NCBI GenBank assembly: GCA_031419275.1
Contig: JANOKJ010000185.1
Coordinates: 5,649 to 69,648 of the forward strand
Direction: 5' to 3'
DNA length: 64,000 bases
DNA from: Akkermansiaceae bacterium
GTDB taxonomy: Bacteria; Verrucomicrobiota; Verrucomicrobiia; Verrucomicrobiales; Akkermansiaceae
In this document: positions 9,471-19,585 of the stretch, in pieces
How positions within the stretch are numbered: position 1 is the stretch's first letter
Layout of the letters: each line of letters starts with the position of its first letter
Program-made: the position numbers and the translations under genes
The notes under the pieces: model-generated
The model's database searches: none
Seen by the model: only the letters and a program-made list of their open reading frames with translations
What the model was told of the DNA's origin: nothing

Positions 9471-12155
9471 GTGCGATTGATGATAGAGGCACTGGAAAAT
9501 TTTTTGGCGGAAGCGGGTTGGGTGGATCGGTTTGGGGATGAGGCGCGTATGATCGGTGGGCGTTTGGTCTCGAAAGTTCAGGAATTGCAGTTGGAAGGGG
9601 GCGAAGAGATTCAAGCGAGGGCGCGGGTTCTTTCTGAAAAAGTAGAAGCGGCGTTTTGGGAGCAAGGTGGACAGGTGTTGTTTGAGACGAATTGCAGTTG
9701 TGAGGTGGGCTCGTTCTGTGAACACGGGTTTGCCCTACTTGGCAAAATGGCGAAGACGAAGCATTTGGAGAAAAGCTTCGGACGAAGTGCTGCGGAGGCG
9801 GTGGCTGTCGAGTTGGGTGGAAGAGTAGAGGGGGAAAGAGTAGAGGGGGATGGGGAGAGTGGGCGTGAGGGGGATGTTGTTTTCGAGTTGGTTGTGCGGA
9901 AGGATGCGGTGGATCGAGCGACCCAGATGTTATTAAAATCGATGGGGCAAGTGGAGCCGAAGGAATGGATTTTTGCGGAGGCGTTTGTAAGCAGCGGCGT
10001 TCAGCGCAAGCCATTGGCGACGGCTCGCGAGGAGGGAAGAACTCCGCGAGAGCAGCAGGCGATTCGTGAGTTGCGCGATGTCGGGCTCTCATCAATGCAA
10101 ACGAATACCGCATGGCGATTTCTGCTCAGCATGAGATCGCGCACGGTTGAGGCGGCGGGTGAAAATGATAAATGGTTTCCTGATCCGGGTCGGGTGCCAG
10201 TGGATACGTTCTGGCATCAGTTTCGTGGAGAGTTCGCTGAAGTGTTAGAAAACGCGGGATGGAAGGTGAAATATGAGGATGGGGTCGGTCATCAGGTGCA
10301 TGATGCCGCTCCTGAAAAATGGCATACCCTTCTAACAGGTGAACAGAATGACGAAAATTACGAGGGAGATTTCTCGAATGGTGGATGGTTTAGCTTGTCA
10401 GTGGGTTTTGATGTGGATGGTGAACGCTACGATCTGATGCCGATTTTGGCGGGCTTGCTGAAACAGGAATTTTTGGAGGAGACATTGGATAGGCCGAACC
10501 AAGGATTCGTCTATGCGCCTTTGCCGAATGGCGATGCGTTGAAATTGCCGATTGGGAGGGTGCGGCGTTTGCTGCAACATTTATCGGCTTTGGAGGATCC
10601 CAAGTTTTTCGGAAAGGCGCGGGTGCATGCGTTGGATGCTGCGGCGTTGGCGGGGCTGGAGGGATTGGGAATTGAGACGCCGAAAGGTTTGGCAAAGCTG
10701 AAAGAACGGTTGGAAAATTTTTCAAAAGTGGAAGAGGTTGAAACTCCCGGCGAGATCAAGGCGACTTTAAGAGATTATCAGAAAGCAGGATTTCAATGGA
10801 TGCAATTTCTTGCGGGCCATGGGCTGCACGGAATTTTGGCTGATGACATGGGCTTAGGAAAAACCTTGCAGACACTCGCGCATTTGATGGCGGAGAAAAC
10901 GAGTGGTCGAAACGGTGGTCGGCCATCGCTGGTGATTGCGCCGACTTCAGTGGTTCCGAACTGGCGGGCAGAGGCGATCAAGTTTGCTCCGGGTTTGCGG
11001 GTGTTGGTTTTGAATGGGGCGGATCGGAAAAAATATTTTCGCTCCATTCCGCACGCGGATTTGGTAATTACATCGTTTGCGCTATTGCAGCGCGATATCG
11101 AGAAACTACTCGGTTTTGAGTATCACGTGTTGGTTTTGGATGAAGCCCAGTATATCAAAAATCCTCGTGCAAAAGTCGCACAGGCGGCGTGTCGGGTGGT
11201 GGCGCGGCATCGCTTGTGTCTTTCCGGAACGCCGATTGAAAACCATCTCGGTGAATTATGGAGTCTGATGCATTTTCTCATTCCCGGATTTCTTGGGACG
11301 GAGGATGCGTTCAATAAAAATTTCCGAAAGCCCATCGAAGAAGAGGGTGATGCGGAGAAAAACGCTTTATTAAAAAAGCGAATCGCTCCGTTGGTGTTGC
11401 GTAGGACGAAAGATCAAGTAGCCAAGGAATTGCCGCCGAAAACCGAGATGATACATTTGATTGAGTTATCGAGTGATCAAAAAGATCTCTACGAAACCGT
11501 GCGCGCAACCATGGATAAGCGGGTTCGCGAGGCGATTGCGGCGCGCGGGATCGAGCAATCGCAGATCGTATTTCTGGATGCGTTGCTGAAGTTGCGGCAG
11601 ATCTGTTGTGATCCGCGCTTGTTGCCAGAAGATTTTGCGGCGGGTATCCGAAGCTCGGCGAAGTTGGAGTATCTGAAAGAAATGTTAGAAACTCTGGTGG
11701 AGGAGGGTCGGAAAATTTTGATTTTCTCCCAGTTCACGACCATGTTGGGATTGATCGAAGAGTATCTAGTGAAGACCAAGGTGCCGTATCTGAAATTGAC
11801 GGGTGGCTCGAAAGATCGGGGTAAACTGGTTGAAGAGTTTCAGTCCGGAAGATTCCCCGTGTTTCTCATTTCTCTCAAGGCGGGCGGCACAGGTTTGAAT
11901 TTAACAGCGGCAGATACAGTGATTCACTACGATCCGTGGTGGAACCCGGCGGCCGAGGCTCAGGCAACGGATCGGGCATATCGGATCGGCCAGGATAAAC
12001 CGGTGTTTGTTCATAAGCTACTTTGCCAAGAAACTGTTGAGGAACGCATCCATCGCTTGCAGCTAGAGAAGGCGAAGCTGGCAGAAGGGTTGTTGGCGGA
12101 TGCCGATGTGGTGCGGAAGCTAGATGCGACGATGATCCGTGAGTTGTTGAGCTAA
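9471..12155 (+). CDS. SNF2-family helicase with N-terminal SWIM zinc finger
   Basis: CSCEVGSFCEH (SWIM), LADDMGLGKT, LDEAQ, SGTPIENHL, LKAGGTGLNLTAAD, QATDRAYRIGQ; start could be ATG 9480. Confidence 0.92.
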   Translation: MRLMIEALENFLAEAGWVDRFGDEARMIGGRLVSKVQELQLEGGEEIQARARVLSEKVEAAFWEQGGQVLFETNCSCEVGSFCEHGFALLGKMAKTKHLEKSFGRSAAEAVAVELGGRVEGERVEGDGESGREGDVVFELVVRKDAVDRATQMLLKSMGQVEPKEWIFAEAFVSSGVQRKPLATAREEGRTPREQQAIRELRDVGLSSMQTNTAWRFLLSMRSRTVEAAGENDKWFPDPGRVPVDTFWHQFRGEFAEVLENAGWKVKYEDGVGHQVHDAAPEKWHTLLTGEQNDENYEGDFSNGGWFSLSVGFDVDGERYDLMPILAGLLKQEFLEETLDRPNQGFVYAPLPNGDALKLPIGRVRRLLQHLSALEDPKFFGKARVHALDAAALAGLEGLGIETPKGLAKLKERLENFSKVEEVETPGEIKATLRDYQKAGFQWMQFLAGHGLHGILADDMGLGKTLQTLAHLMAEKTSGRNGGRPSLVIAPTSVVPNWRAEAIKFAPGLRVLVLNGADRKKYFRSIPHADLVITSFALLQRDIEKLLGFEYHVLVLDEAQYIKNPRAKVAQAACRVVARHRLCLSGTPIENHLGELWSLMHFLIPGFLGTEDAFNKNFRKPIEEEGDAEKNALLKKRIAPLVLRRTKDQVAKELPPKTEMIHLIELSSDQKDLYETVRATMDKRVREAIAARGIEQSQIVFLDALLKLRQICCDPRLLPEDFAAGIRSSAKLEYLKEMLETLVEEGRKILIFSQFTTMLGLIEEYLVKTKVPYLKLTGGSKDRGKLVEEFQSGRFPVFLISLKAGGTGLNLTAADTVIHYDPWWNPAAEAQATDRAYRIGQDKPVFVHKLLCQETVEERIHRLQLEKAKLAEGLLADADVVRKLDATMIRELLS

Positions 12156-12212
12156 ATGAGGTAGGATAAATACCTATTGAATTATTACAGTTGTCTGATG
12201 ATATTGAATTCT

Positions 12213-12863
12213 ATGAAAAAATTATTGAATAGCAGATTATCGAAAAGCTTGCTTGGAGCGGGTTGTGCACTGTTGGTCTTGGGTGTTGCAGATGCAAAGC
12301 CCGATAAATCTAATGGCAAGAGTGAAAAGGGAGGCAAAGGCGGTGGTTCGGATCACTCGGAAAAGCATAGTTCCGACAAAGGCGGCGGTAAGGATCATAA
12401 AGACGACAAGGGCGGCGGTAAGGATCACAAAGACGACAAAGGCAACGATAAGGATCACAAAGAAGCCAAAGATCATAAAAACGATGAAAAAGGCAAAGAG
12501 GCGAAGCATGATGATAAATCGGAGTCATGGCGCGCACATCGCTTTGAAGATAAAGATCGCAATGATTTTTTAGATTACTTTAAAGGTTACGAAAGTAATC
12601 CACATGGATTGCCACCCGGCTTAGCGAAAAACTTACAGCGCGGAAAACCCTTGCCACCCGGTTGGCAGAAGAAGGTGAACGAGGGATATATTATTGAGGA
12701 TGGAGACAAAGATTTTTTCCAAGTTTTGGAAGATTCACTTTTCCCAAGAATGAAACCCATTCCTAATACTAGAATGTATTTGTATGGCGACCGCGTAGTC
12801 CGTGTTTATGAACCGCGCCGTCAGGTGATCGATGTCTTTCCGATTCCTACGATTAAATACTAA
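12213..12863 (+). CDS. Exported CigR/RcnB-like protein with K/D/H-rich repeats
   Basis: Signal peptide, DKGGGKDHKD repeats, LPPGLAKNLQRGKPLPPGW motif. Confidence 0.7.
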   Translation: MKKLLNSRLSKSLLGAGCALLVLGVADAKPDKSNGKSEKGGKGGGSDHSEKHSSDKGGGKDHKDDKGGGKDHKDDKGNDKDHKEAKDHKNDEKGKEAKHDDKSESWRAHRFEDKDRNDFLDYFKGYESNPHGLPPGLAKNLQRGKPLPPGWQKKVNEGYIIEDGDKDFFQVLEDSLFPRMKPIPNTRMYLYGDRVVRVYEPRRQVIDVFPIPTIKY

Positions 12864-12877
12864 CCCATGATTGATCG

Positions 12878-13186
12878 CTATCCCTTGGACATTCCAGGGG
12901 GTAGCGAATTTCCTTTTGAAGGTTGGATGGCTGGCTGGGCAGGCGTAGGTTCAGTAGGAACGGGTGAGGTCGGTGCAGCTGGTGTAGTTGGCGCTGGCGG
13001 AGTACTTGGCGCTGGTGGTGGAGTAGTTGGCGCAGCTGGTGGAGTTGGCGCTGGTGGAGTAGTTGGCGCTGGTGGAGTAGTTGGCGCTGCTGGAGTCGTT
13101 GGCACAGGTGCTGGTTTAGCGGCTTTTTTGGAACACGAGCTCGGCATTCCAAAAGCGAGTATTGGGATCAATAGAAGGAATTTCAC
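12878..13186 (-). CDS. Pro/Thr/Ala-rich putative lipoprotein
   Basis: Hydrophobic signal with SSC-SKK, (PTTPPA) repeats encoded by 18-nt units; TAGTTT 6 nt before the GTG. Confidence 0.65.
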   Translation of the reverse strand: MKFLLLIPILAFGMPSSCSKKAAKPAPVPTTPAAPTTPPAPTTPPAPTPPAAPTTPPPAPSTPPAPTTPAAPTSPVPTEPTPAQPAIQPSKGNSLPPGMSKG

Positions 13187-13228
13187 AATACGAAACTAGT
13201 TCAGGTGATTTTGGTGTCGAGGTTTAGT

Positions 13229-15478
13229 TTACGAGAAATTGTAAGCGTCCATATCGAAAACCACGGTAACATCCTCGGGGAGGGTGGTTTTTTGGAGGAT
13301 GTTTTGGACGTGGTTGGTGAGGGGGCGGGCTTGGTGGGAGCGGAGGGTAATTTGGAAACGGAACTGATCGTGGGATTTGATGAGGGGGCTGGGTAAAACT
13401 TCGCCGAGTGAGATCCCTGCGGGGAGATTTTCTTTTAATCGGAGATGAAGGGTTTGGAGGGTGAATTCTGCGCGACGTTCGTGGCCGGATCGAGCTGTTA
13501 GAACTGCACAGTGGGCGAAGGGTGGGAAACGAAATTGGCGACGCATTTCCATTTCCTGTTCCGCGTAGCCATCAAAATCATGTTTGCGTGCAAACTGGAT
13601 GCTGGGTGAATGGGGTGTGAAGGTTTGGACGATGACTTCGCCTTCGAGTTCGCCGCGTCCGGCGCGTCCGGCGACTTGGGTGATGAGCTGGAAGGTACGC
13701 TCACCGGCGCGGAAATCCGGAACATGCAGGCCGAGGTCGGCGTTGAGGATTCCGACCAAAGTGACGTTGGGAAAATGCAAGCCTTTGGCGATCATCTGCG
13801 TGCCGATCAGGACATCGATTTTTTTAGATTTGAATTTATTGAGAATATCTTTGAGCGCGTTCTTGCGGCGCATCGCATCGGCATCAATGCGAGCGAAGCG
13901 GGCTGCTGGGAGAATTTTTTGTAAGACCTCTTCGACTTTTTGGGTGCCGTAACCTTGAAGGGCGATGCTGGGGTTGCTGCATTCTGGGCATTTTCTGGGG
14001 ACGATGGATTGGTGTCCGCAAACATGGCAGACGAGGCGTTCATCGGTGCGGTGATAAGTGAGAGCGACAGCGCAGTGCGGGCATTGGCAAACGTAGCCGC
14101 AGCCATGGCATTGCAGGGAACGGGCGAAACCGCGGCGATTGAGAAAGAGGATGGATTGTTCGCCTTTTGCGAGTCGTTGTTCTAGAGCGGTGCGGAGACG
14201 GTCTGATAGAATCGCGACCTGGCCTTTTTGTTTTTGCTTTTCCAAACGCATGTCGATTACGCGGACGAGTGGCATTGAGTGGGCGTCGGCGCGCTGATCG
14301 AGACGGAGGAGTTGGTATTTTCCTGTTAGAGTGTTCTGCCAGCTTTCGAGGGAAGGCGTGGCGGAGCCGAGGACGATGGTGCAGGGCTCGAATGCGGCGC
14401 GGAGAACCGCGACGTCACGGGCGTGGTAGCGTGGAGGGTTTTCTTGTTTGTAAGAAGTTTCATGTTCCTCATCGACGATGATGAGTCCGAGGTTAGGCAG
14501 CGGTGCAAACACGGCGGAGCGGGCGCCGATGACGATACGGGCGTGGCCTTTGCGGATGCGATGCCATTCGTCGAAGCGTTCTCCTTGTGAGAGGTTGGAG
14601 TGAAGGACAGCGACTTGATCGTCGAGTTGGGAAAAGCGTGCTTTGAAACGGCGAACCGTCTGCGGGGTGAGGGCGATTTCAGGAACGAGGACGAGGACAG
14701 TTTTGCCGAGATCGAGCGCGGCTTGAGCGGATTGGAGATAGACTTCGGTTTTGCCGCTGCCGGTGACGCCTAGAAGAAGATAGGGGGAGTGAGGGACTTG
14801 GGGAGTGGGGGAAGTGCCGAGTGCCGAGTTAGCAGTGATTAGTGAAGAGGAGATTGCGTCGAAGGCTTGTTGTTGTTGGTCGTTGAGAGTTAACGGGTGG
14901 GAGGGGACGATGGTGTCGGCGGCTTCTGGATCGCGGCGGACATCTTCGGTGGAGATCGTGATGAATTTTTTCGCGGCTAGGCTTTTCAGGGAAGGTGCGG
15001 AGTTTTCGCCGAGGTCGGCGACGGGGAGGGTGCGATCTGGGGCCTGGAGGAGGAGGAAAAGAATCACGTGTTGTTTGGCGGCACGTTTTTCAAGCTTCGC
15101 GAGTTCGGCGGGATCGATGTTTTCGGCTGCGGTGGCGATGCGTCGGGTTTTCGCGGAGTTGTCCTCGGTGCGGACGGCTTCCGGTAGAATAGAACGGATG
15201 ACGCTTTCAATACTAGATCCGTAGTAGTTGGCGATCCAGCGGGCGACTTTGAGAAGGGTCGGCGTGATGAGAGGTTCGGGATCGATGAGGGATTGAATTT
15301 CCCGCATCGCGAATTCGCTTTGCTCGGGTTTAGGAAGGATGGCGAGGACTGTACCGGAACTGGTTTTCTGACGGATCGGCACACGCACGCGGCAACCCTC
15401 GACGACGGGAAGTTCGGCGGGGATGGCATAGTCGAAAACGAGCTCTGAGGGGCCGTCGATGAGGACACGGGCGATCAA
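13229..15478 (-). CDS. priA: Primosomal protein N'
   Basis: GVTGSGKTEVY, VPEIALTPQ, DEEH, eight-Cys zinc region, GTQMIAKGLHFP, QVAGRAGR. Confidence 0.97.
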   Translation of the reverse strand: MIARVLIDGPSELVFDYAIPAELPVVEGCRVRVPIRQKTSSGTVLAILPKPEQSEFAMREIQSLIDPEPLITPTLLKVARWIANYYGSSIESVIRSILPEAVRTEDNSAKTRRIATAAENIDPAELAKLEKRAAKQHVILFLLLQAPDRTLPVADLGENSAPSLKSLAAKKFITISTEDVRRDPEAADTIVPSHPLTLNDQQQQAFDAISSSLITANSALGTSPTPQVPHSPYLLLGVTGSGKTEVYLQSAQAALDLGKTVLVLVPEIALTPQTVRRFKARFSQLDDQVAVLHSNLSQGERFDEWHRIRKGHARIVIGARSAVFAPLPNLGLIIVDEEHETSYKQENPPRYHARDVAVLRAAFEPCTIVLGSATPSLESWQNTLTGKYQLLRLDQRADAHSMPLVRVIDMRLEKQKQKGQVAILSDRLRTALEQRLAKGEQSILFLNRRGFARSLQCHGCGYVCQCPHCAVALTYHRTDERLVCHVCGHQSIVPRKCPECSNPSIALQGYGTQKVEEVLQKILPAARFARIDADAMRRKNALKDILNKFKSKKIDVLIGTQMIAKGLHFPNVTLVGILNADLGLHVPDFRAGERTFQLITQVAGRAGRGELEGEVIVQTFTPHSPSIQFARKHDFDGYAEQEMEMRRQFRFPPFAHCAVLTARSGHERRAEFTLQTLHLRLKENLPAGISLGEVLPSPLIKSHDQFRFQITLRSHQARPLTNHVQNILQKTTLPEDVTVVFDMDAYNFS

Positions 15479-15543
15479 GGTGTGGAAACTTTAAGTTTTA
15501 AACTTTAAACTACAAGGAAGAGGTTTGAAGACGTTTGAAGAGA

Positions 15544-15681
15544 TTCAACGCAAAGGCGCAAAGAACGCTAAGATTCGCAAAGGATTAAAAATAATGGAAA
15601 ACAAAAGGCATAAAATCGAAGTTCAGATTTAAATTTTACCAACTTTGCGAACCTTAGCGTTCTTTGCGGCTTTGCGTTGAA
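15544..15681. repeat. Inverted pair of nonamer (nnCGCAAAG) arrays
   Basis: TTCAACGCAAAGGCGCAAAGAACGCTAAGATTCGCAAAG ... CTTTGCGAACCTTAGCGTTCTTTGCGGCTTTGCGTTGAA. Confidence 0.88.
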
Positions 15682-15756
15682 AGAAATTCTCACAGCCCGA
15701 ATTAAGAAATTTTCTAAGATTGTCGAGGAACCGGCTGATGGTCATGCTATCGGCAG

Positions 15757-17034
15757 ATGTTACCGGAAATTTTCACGAATGTGCCTGGGGAGAAGTCGTT
15801 GGCTTTGGGGCGGCGGTTGGGGGAGGTGGAGTGTCGGAACACGACGTTTCTTGGGGATGACTGGCCGATTTTTTGGGAACGGGCGGAAGGCTCGAATGTT
15901 TGGGATGTAGATGGGAATCGGTTTCTCGATATGACGAGTGGGTTTGGGGTGGCTGGCTTGGGTTATGGATTTACGGCTGAGGCGTTGAGGAGGCAGAGCG
16001 ATGTGTTGATGCATGCGATGGGCGATGTGCATCCGGCGCGGGTGAAAGTCGAACTGTGCGAGGCACTTTCTCAAATCACCTATGAGCGCTGGGAGGGGAA
16101 GAAAGGGAAATGTTTGTTTGGAAATTCTGGCTTCGAGGCGGTGGAGGCGGCATTGAAAACGGCTGTGCTGGCGACAGGGCGGACCGGGATTTTATCGTTT
16201 GAGGGAGCTTATCATGGATTGGGTTACGGGGCCTTGTTGGGTCAGGGGATAGGTTGGTTCCGTGAGCCGTTCGAGGGACAGATCGCAAAAGTAACCGAGC
16301 GAATTCATTTTCCCAAAGAGTCCGAGGGCTTGGAAATATTTCGTGAGGAGTTGGGACGTGTAGACGGGAGTAAGATCGGGGCGGTCTTGGTGGAACCGAT
16401 CCAAGGTCGGGGTGGAATTATTGTGCCGCCTGATGGATTTTTGCACGAATTGCGGACGTGGTGCGATGAGGTTGGGGCGATTTTGATTTTCGATGAGATC
16501 TACACAGGATTCTGGCGGACCGGGAAAATGTTCGCCTGTGATTGGGAAGGTATTGTGCCAGATCTGATTTGTTTGGGAAAAGCGTTGAGCGGCGGATTTC
16601 CGATTTCGGTCTGCGTGGGTCGAGCGAAGGTCATGGATGCTTGGCCGGAAAGCGGCGGTGAGGCGCTGCACACTAGCACCTTTCTAGGGAATCCGATGGG
16701 TTGTGCGATGGCGCTTGAGGCGATCCGATGCTATCGCTCTCAAGGAATGGAGGGTGTAGTGCAGCATGCAGCGGATCAATTAGAGCATGGCCTCAGTAGA
16801 TTGGTGGGTTTGGATGTTGTGAAAGAAGTCAGGGGAATCGGTCTGATGATGGGAGTGCAAATGGACAGCGGCGAGCGGGTGCTTGATTTGGTGAAAGCAA
16901 TGCTCAGAGCGGGTGTGATTGCGCTTCCAGATGGTCCGAAGGGGGATGTGTTGGCTTTGACTCCACCGCTGGGGATTTCAGGTGAGGAAATGGAATTTTC
17001 CATGGAGTTACTTAAGGGATTGATAGAATTCTGA
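15757..17034 (+). CDS. Class III PLP aminotransferase (GabT/ArgD-like)
   Basis: NSGFEAVEAALK, EPIQGRGG, FDEIYTGFWRTG, LGKALSGG, HTSTFLGNP. Confidence 0.9.
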   Translation: MLPEIFTNVPGEKSLALGRRLGEVECRNTTFLGDDWPIFWERAEGSNVWDVDGNRFLDMTSGFGVAGLGYGFTAEALRRQSDVLMHAMGDVHPARVKVELCEALSQITYERWEGKKGKCLFGNSGFEAVEAALKTAVLATGRTGILSFEGAYHGLGYGALLGQGIGWFREPFEGQIAKVTERIHFPKESEGLEIFREELGRVDGSKIGAVLVEPIQGRGGIIVPPDGFLHELRTWCDEVGAILIFDEIYTGFWRTGKMFACDWEGIVPDLICLGKALSGGFPISVCVGRAKVMDAWPESGGEALHTSTFLGNPMGCAMALEAIRCYRSQGMEGVVQHAADQLEHGLSRLVGLDVVKEVRGIGLMMGVQMDSGERVLDLVKAMLRAGVIALPDGPKGDVLALTPPLGISGEEMEFSMELLKGLIEF

Positions 17035-17110
17035 TGAATGTTCGGTATCGCCCCTTGCCCTAGCCACAAGTATCGGCTAGCAAATGTGAAAACTTTCCCT
17101 TCCAAGCCCT

Positions 17111-19318
17111 TTGTTATTTTTTAATCCTACAACACTCACCCTCTGGATTGGCATTCTTGTGCTGATTGGCGTAGGTTATTTATGCGTCCTTTCATGGATG
17201 CGTAGTCCGCATCGCGGGCGCACAGCGGTATTGGAAAGTCTGCGGTTTTTCATCACGCTATTGGTGGTGATGTTGCTGTGGCAGCCAGAGTGGCGGACCG
17301 TGGTGAATCCGACCAGTAAGCCAAAAATCGCGATTTTGTGGGATGATTCTCGCTCGATGAACACCTTGGATGCGATTTTGCCAACGGAGCTCGCTGAGGA
17401 GGGAAAAGCAGGAGAAGTCATTTCCCGTGCGGATTGGGTGAAAAAAGTTTTGGGTTCCACGTTGTGGGAGCCACTGCGGGTGGGTGGTGCGAATGAGCTC
17501 TCGACCCAGCCATTTGCGACTCCTGCTAAAGAAGGACTTTCTGGTACGGATATAAACGCTCCGCTTACAGAGCTTTTGGAAAACGAAAACAACCTCCGTG
17601 CGGTGGTCATGTTGGGTGATGGTGATTTCAATTTAGGATCGCCTCCTGTGGCGGCCGCGCAGAAATACCGGATTCGCTCGGTGCCAATTTTCACGATTCC
17701 AGTAGGCAGTGATAAACGTCTTCCTGATTTGGATTTACTGACCGTGACAGCACCAACCTACGGGATTGTTGGAGAAAACGTGCAGATTCCTTTTACCATT
17801 CGTTCTTCGCTGGACAGACAAGTTCGGACGATTGTGCGGTTGCGTGATGAGTCTGGGCGGGAGCGGACGAAGAACATCATCCTCGCCCCGAATGTTGAGA
17901 CCTATGATTCGATTTTGTGGAAGATGGAAAAAGAGGGCTCTACCAAGCTGACCTTGTCGATCCCAGTTGAGGACGGCGAACTCATTTCATCTAACAACTC
18001 ACATGATTTCACGATTTCCGGAAAGCCTGAGCGGATTCGGGTTCTCGTTATTGAGACACTGCCACGTTGGGAGTATCGATTTTTGAGAAACGCGCTTTCG
18101 CGTGATCCGGGTGTGGAGCTTTCGTGTTTATTGCTGCGTCCTGAATTAGGACCGGGTAACGGTGCGGATTACATTGATAAATTTCCAGCAACCTTGGATG
18201 AGTTGTCGAAGTTCGATGTCGTGGTTTTAGGTGATGTCGGAATTGGTGAGAATCAACTCACTGAGGAACAGGCGAAACAGATCCGAGGATTGGTGGAGAA
18301 TCAGGCATCCGGCGTGGTGTTTTTGCCAGGACCGCAGGGTAATCAGATGAGTTTAGTGAAATCCGCATTGTCGGATTTATTGCCGGTGACCTTGGACGAG
18401 AAAAATCCCAAAGGATTATCTGAAGTTGTAGCGACGCCGTTGAATCTAACTTCGGAAGGTCGGGCATCGTTGTTGACGATGCTAGGTGAGTCCGAGGAGG
18501 AAAATCCTGATATCTGGCGTCGCCTTCCTGGGTTTTACTGGCATGCGCCGGTACTTCGCGCAAAGGCTGGAACGGAAGTTTTGGCCGTTCACGCGAGTCG
18601 ACGTGGTCCCCAAGGTTCGATACCATTGATGGTCACCAAAGCGGCGGGTAGTGGAAAAGTTTTGTTTATGGGTATCGATTCCGCGTGGCGCTGGCGGCGT
18701 GGGGTAGAGGATCTTTATCATTATCGTTTTTGGGGCCAAGTGGCGCGTTGGATGAGTTATCAGCGAAACATGGCAGCGGGACAACGTGTGAGAATGTTCT
18801 TCACGCCAGAGCGTCCTGAGCCCGGTGCGTCAGTGACTTTAAATGCGAATGCATTTGATCAAAATGGAGCGCCTTTGAAAGAAGGTGCGGTGAGTGTAGA
18901 CATCACGTCTCCGAATGGTGATGTGAAACGCATCGAGCTGCAGAAAAACGATTCTGAATGGGGTGCATACTCGGGACGTTTTAAAATTGATTTCCCTGGT
19001 GAATGGAAACTGCGTGCGATCACTGAGGCCTCGCCGGATATTCCGACTGAGACCACGATCATCTCACAGGGCGTAGATATTGAGAAAATCGGTCAGCCTT
19101 CACGTGTGGATGTATTGGAGGAAATTTCCCGAGTTTCCAGAGCGCGGAGCATTTTACCTGAGCAACTGGCGGAATTAATTTCTGAAATCGATGCCCTGCC
19201 AGAGCCGAAACCTTTGGAAAACCGCATACCGCTGTGGTCGCATTGGGCGACTTTGATGGTTCTGGTTATCCTGCTGGGCCTATTTTGGGCGGGCAGGAAG
19301 CTAAACGGAGCTTTCTGA
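17111..19318 (+). CDS. Membrane protein with VWA-like and GATase-like domains
   Basis: N-terminal TMs, MIDAS-like DDSRSM, GDGD, PRWEYRFLRNALSRD, WRWRR...FWGQ, C-terminal TM. Confidence 0.75.
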   Translation: MLFFNPTTLTLWIGILVLIGVGYLCVLSWMRSPHRGRTAVLESLRFFITLLVVMLLWQPEWRTVVNPTSKPKIAILWDDSRSMNTLDAILPTELAEEGKAGEVISRADWVKKVLGSTLWEPLRVGGANELSTQPFATPAKEGLSGTDINAPLTELLENENNLRAVVMLGDGDFNLGSPPVAAAQKYRIRSVPIFTIPVGSDKRLPDLDLLTVTAPTYGIVGENVQIPFTIRSSLDRQVRTIVRLRDESGRERTKNIILAPNVETYDSILWKMEKEGSTKLTLSIPVEDGELISSNNSHDFTISGKPERIRVLVIETLPRWEYRFLRNALSRDPGVELSCLLLRPELGPGNGADYIDKFPATLDELSKFDVVVLGDVGIGENQLTEEQAKQIRGLVENQASGVVFLPGPQGNQMSLVKSALSDLLPVTLDEKNPKGLSEVVATPLNLTSEGRASLLTMLGESEEENPDIWRRLPGFYWHAPVLRAKAGTEVLAVHASRRGPQGSIPLMVTKAAGSGKVLFMGIDSAWRWRRGVEDLYHYRFWGQVARWMSYQRNMAAGQRVRMFFTPERPEPGASVTLNANAFDQNGAPLKEGAVSVDITSPNGDVKRIELQKNDSEWGAYSGRFKIDFPGEWKLRAITEASPDIPTETTIISQGVDIEKIGQPSRVDVLEEISRVSRARSILPEQLAELISEIDALPEPKPLENRIPLWSHWATLMVLVILLGLFWAGRKLNGAF

Positions 19319-19319
19319 T

Positions 19320-19479
19320 TTTTAACCACGAATTACTCGAATATTAAGAGTCAGGTAAACATTATCAATGGCCTGACTCTGGACTTATCTTCATTCGTGA
19401 GATTTGTGAAATTTGACTCCGTTTCACTCCGTCCAAGCCATAAGGCTTCGCATTTGTTCATTCTGCTTTGTGGTTAAAA
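19320..19479. repeat. Degenerate inverted nonamer element (AACCACGAAT family)
   Basis: TTTTAACCACGAATTACTCGAAT ... TTTGTGGTTAAAA with nested hairpin AGAGTCAGG/CCTGACTCT; relative at 52211. Confidence 0.65.
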
Positions 19480-19585
19480 AATTCTTAACCTGGCCGTTCG
19501 GAGGATAAAACCTACATTCCTGCCTTGCCATTCGTGGAAAAAGGCTGCATAGCCCCGCCCCCAAAGCCTCTAAACGCCTCATTTT

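Noticed and set aside
9821-9876. G-run stretch with a 15-nt duplication in SNF2
   Set aside because: Short in-frame linker duplication on a generally G-rich strand; no evidence of function
9415-10113. 232-aa Pro-rich minus-strand ORF
   Set aside because: Shadow of the G-rich SNF2 coding strand
12867-13199. Gly/Val/Ala-rich plus-strand ORF
   Set aside because: Antisense of the Pro-rich lipoprotein, which has a signal peptide and a promoter-like element
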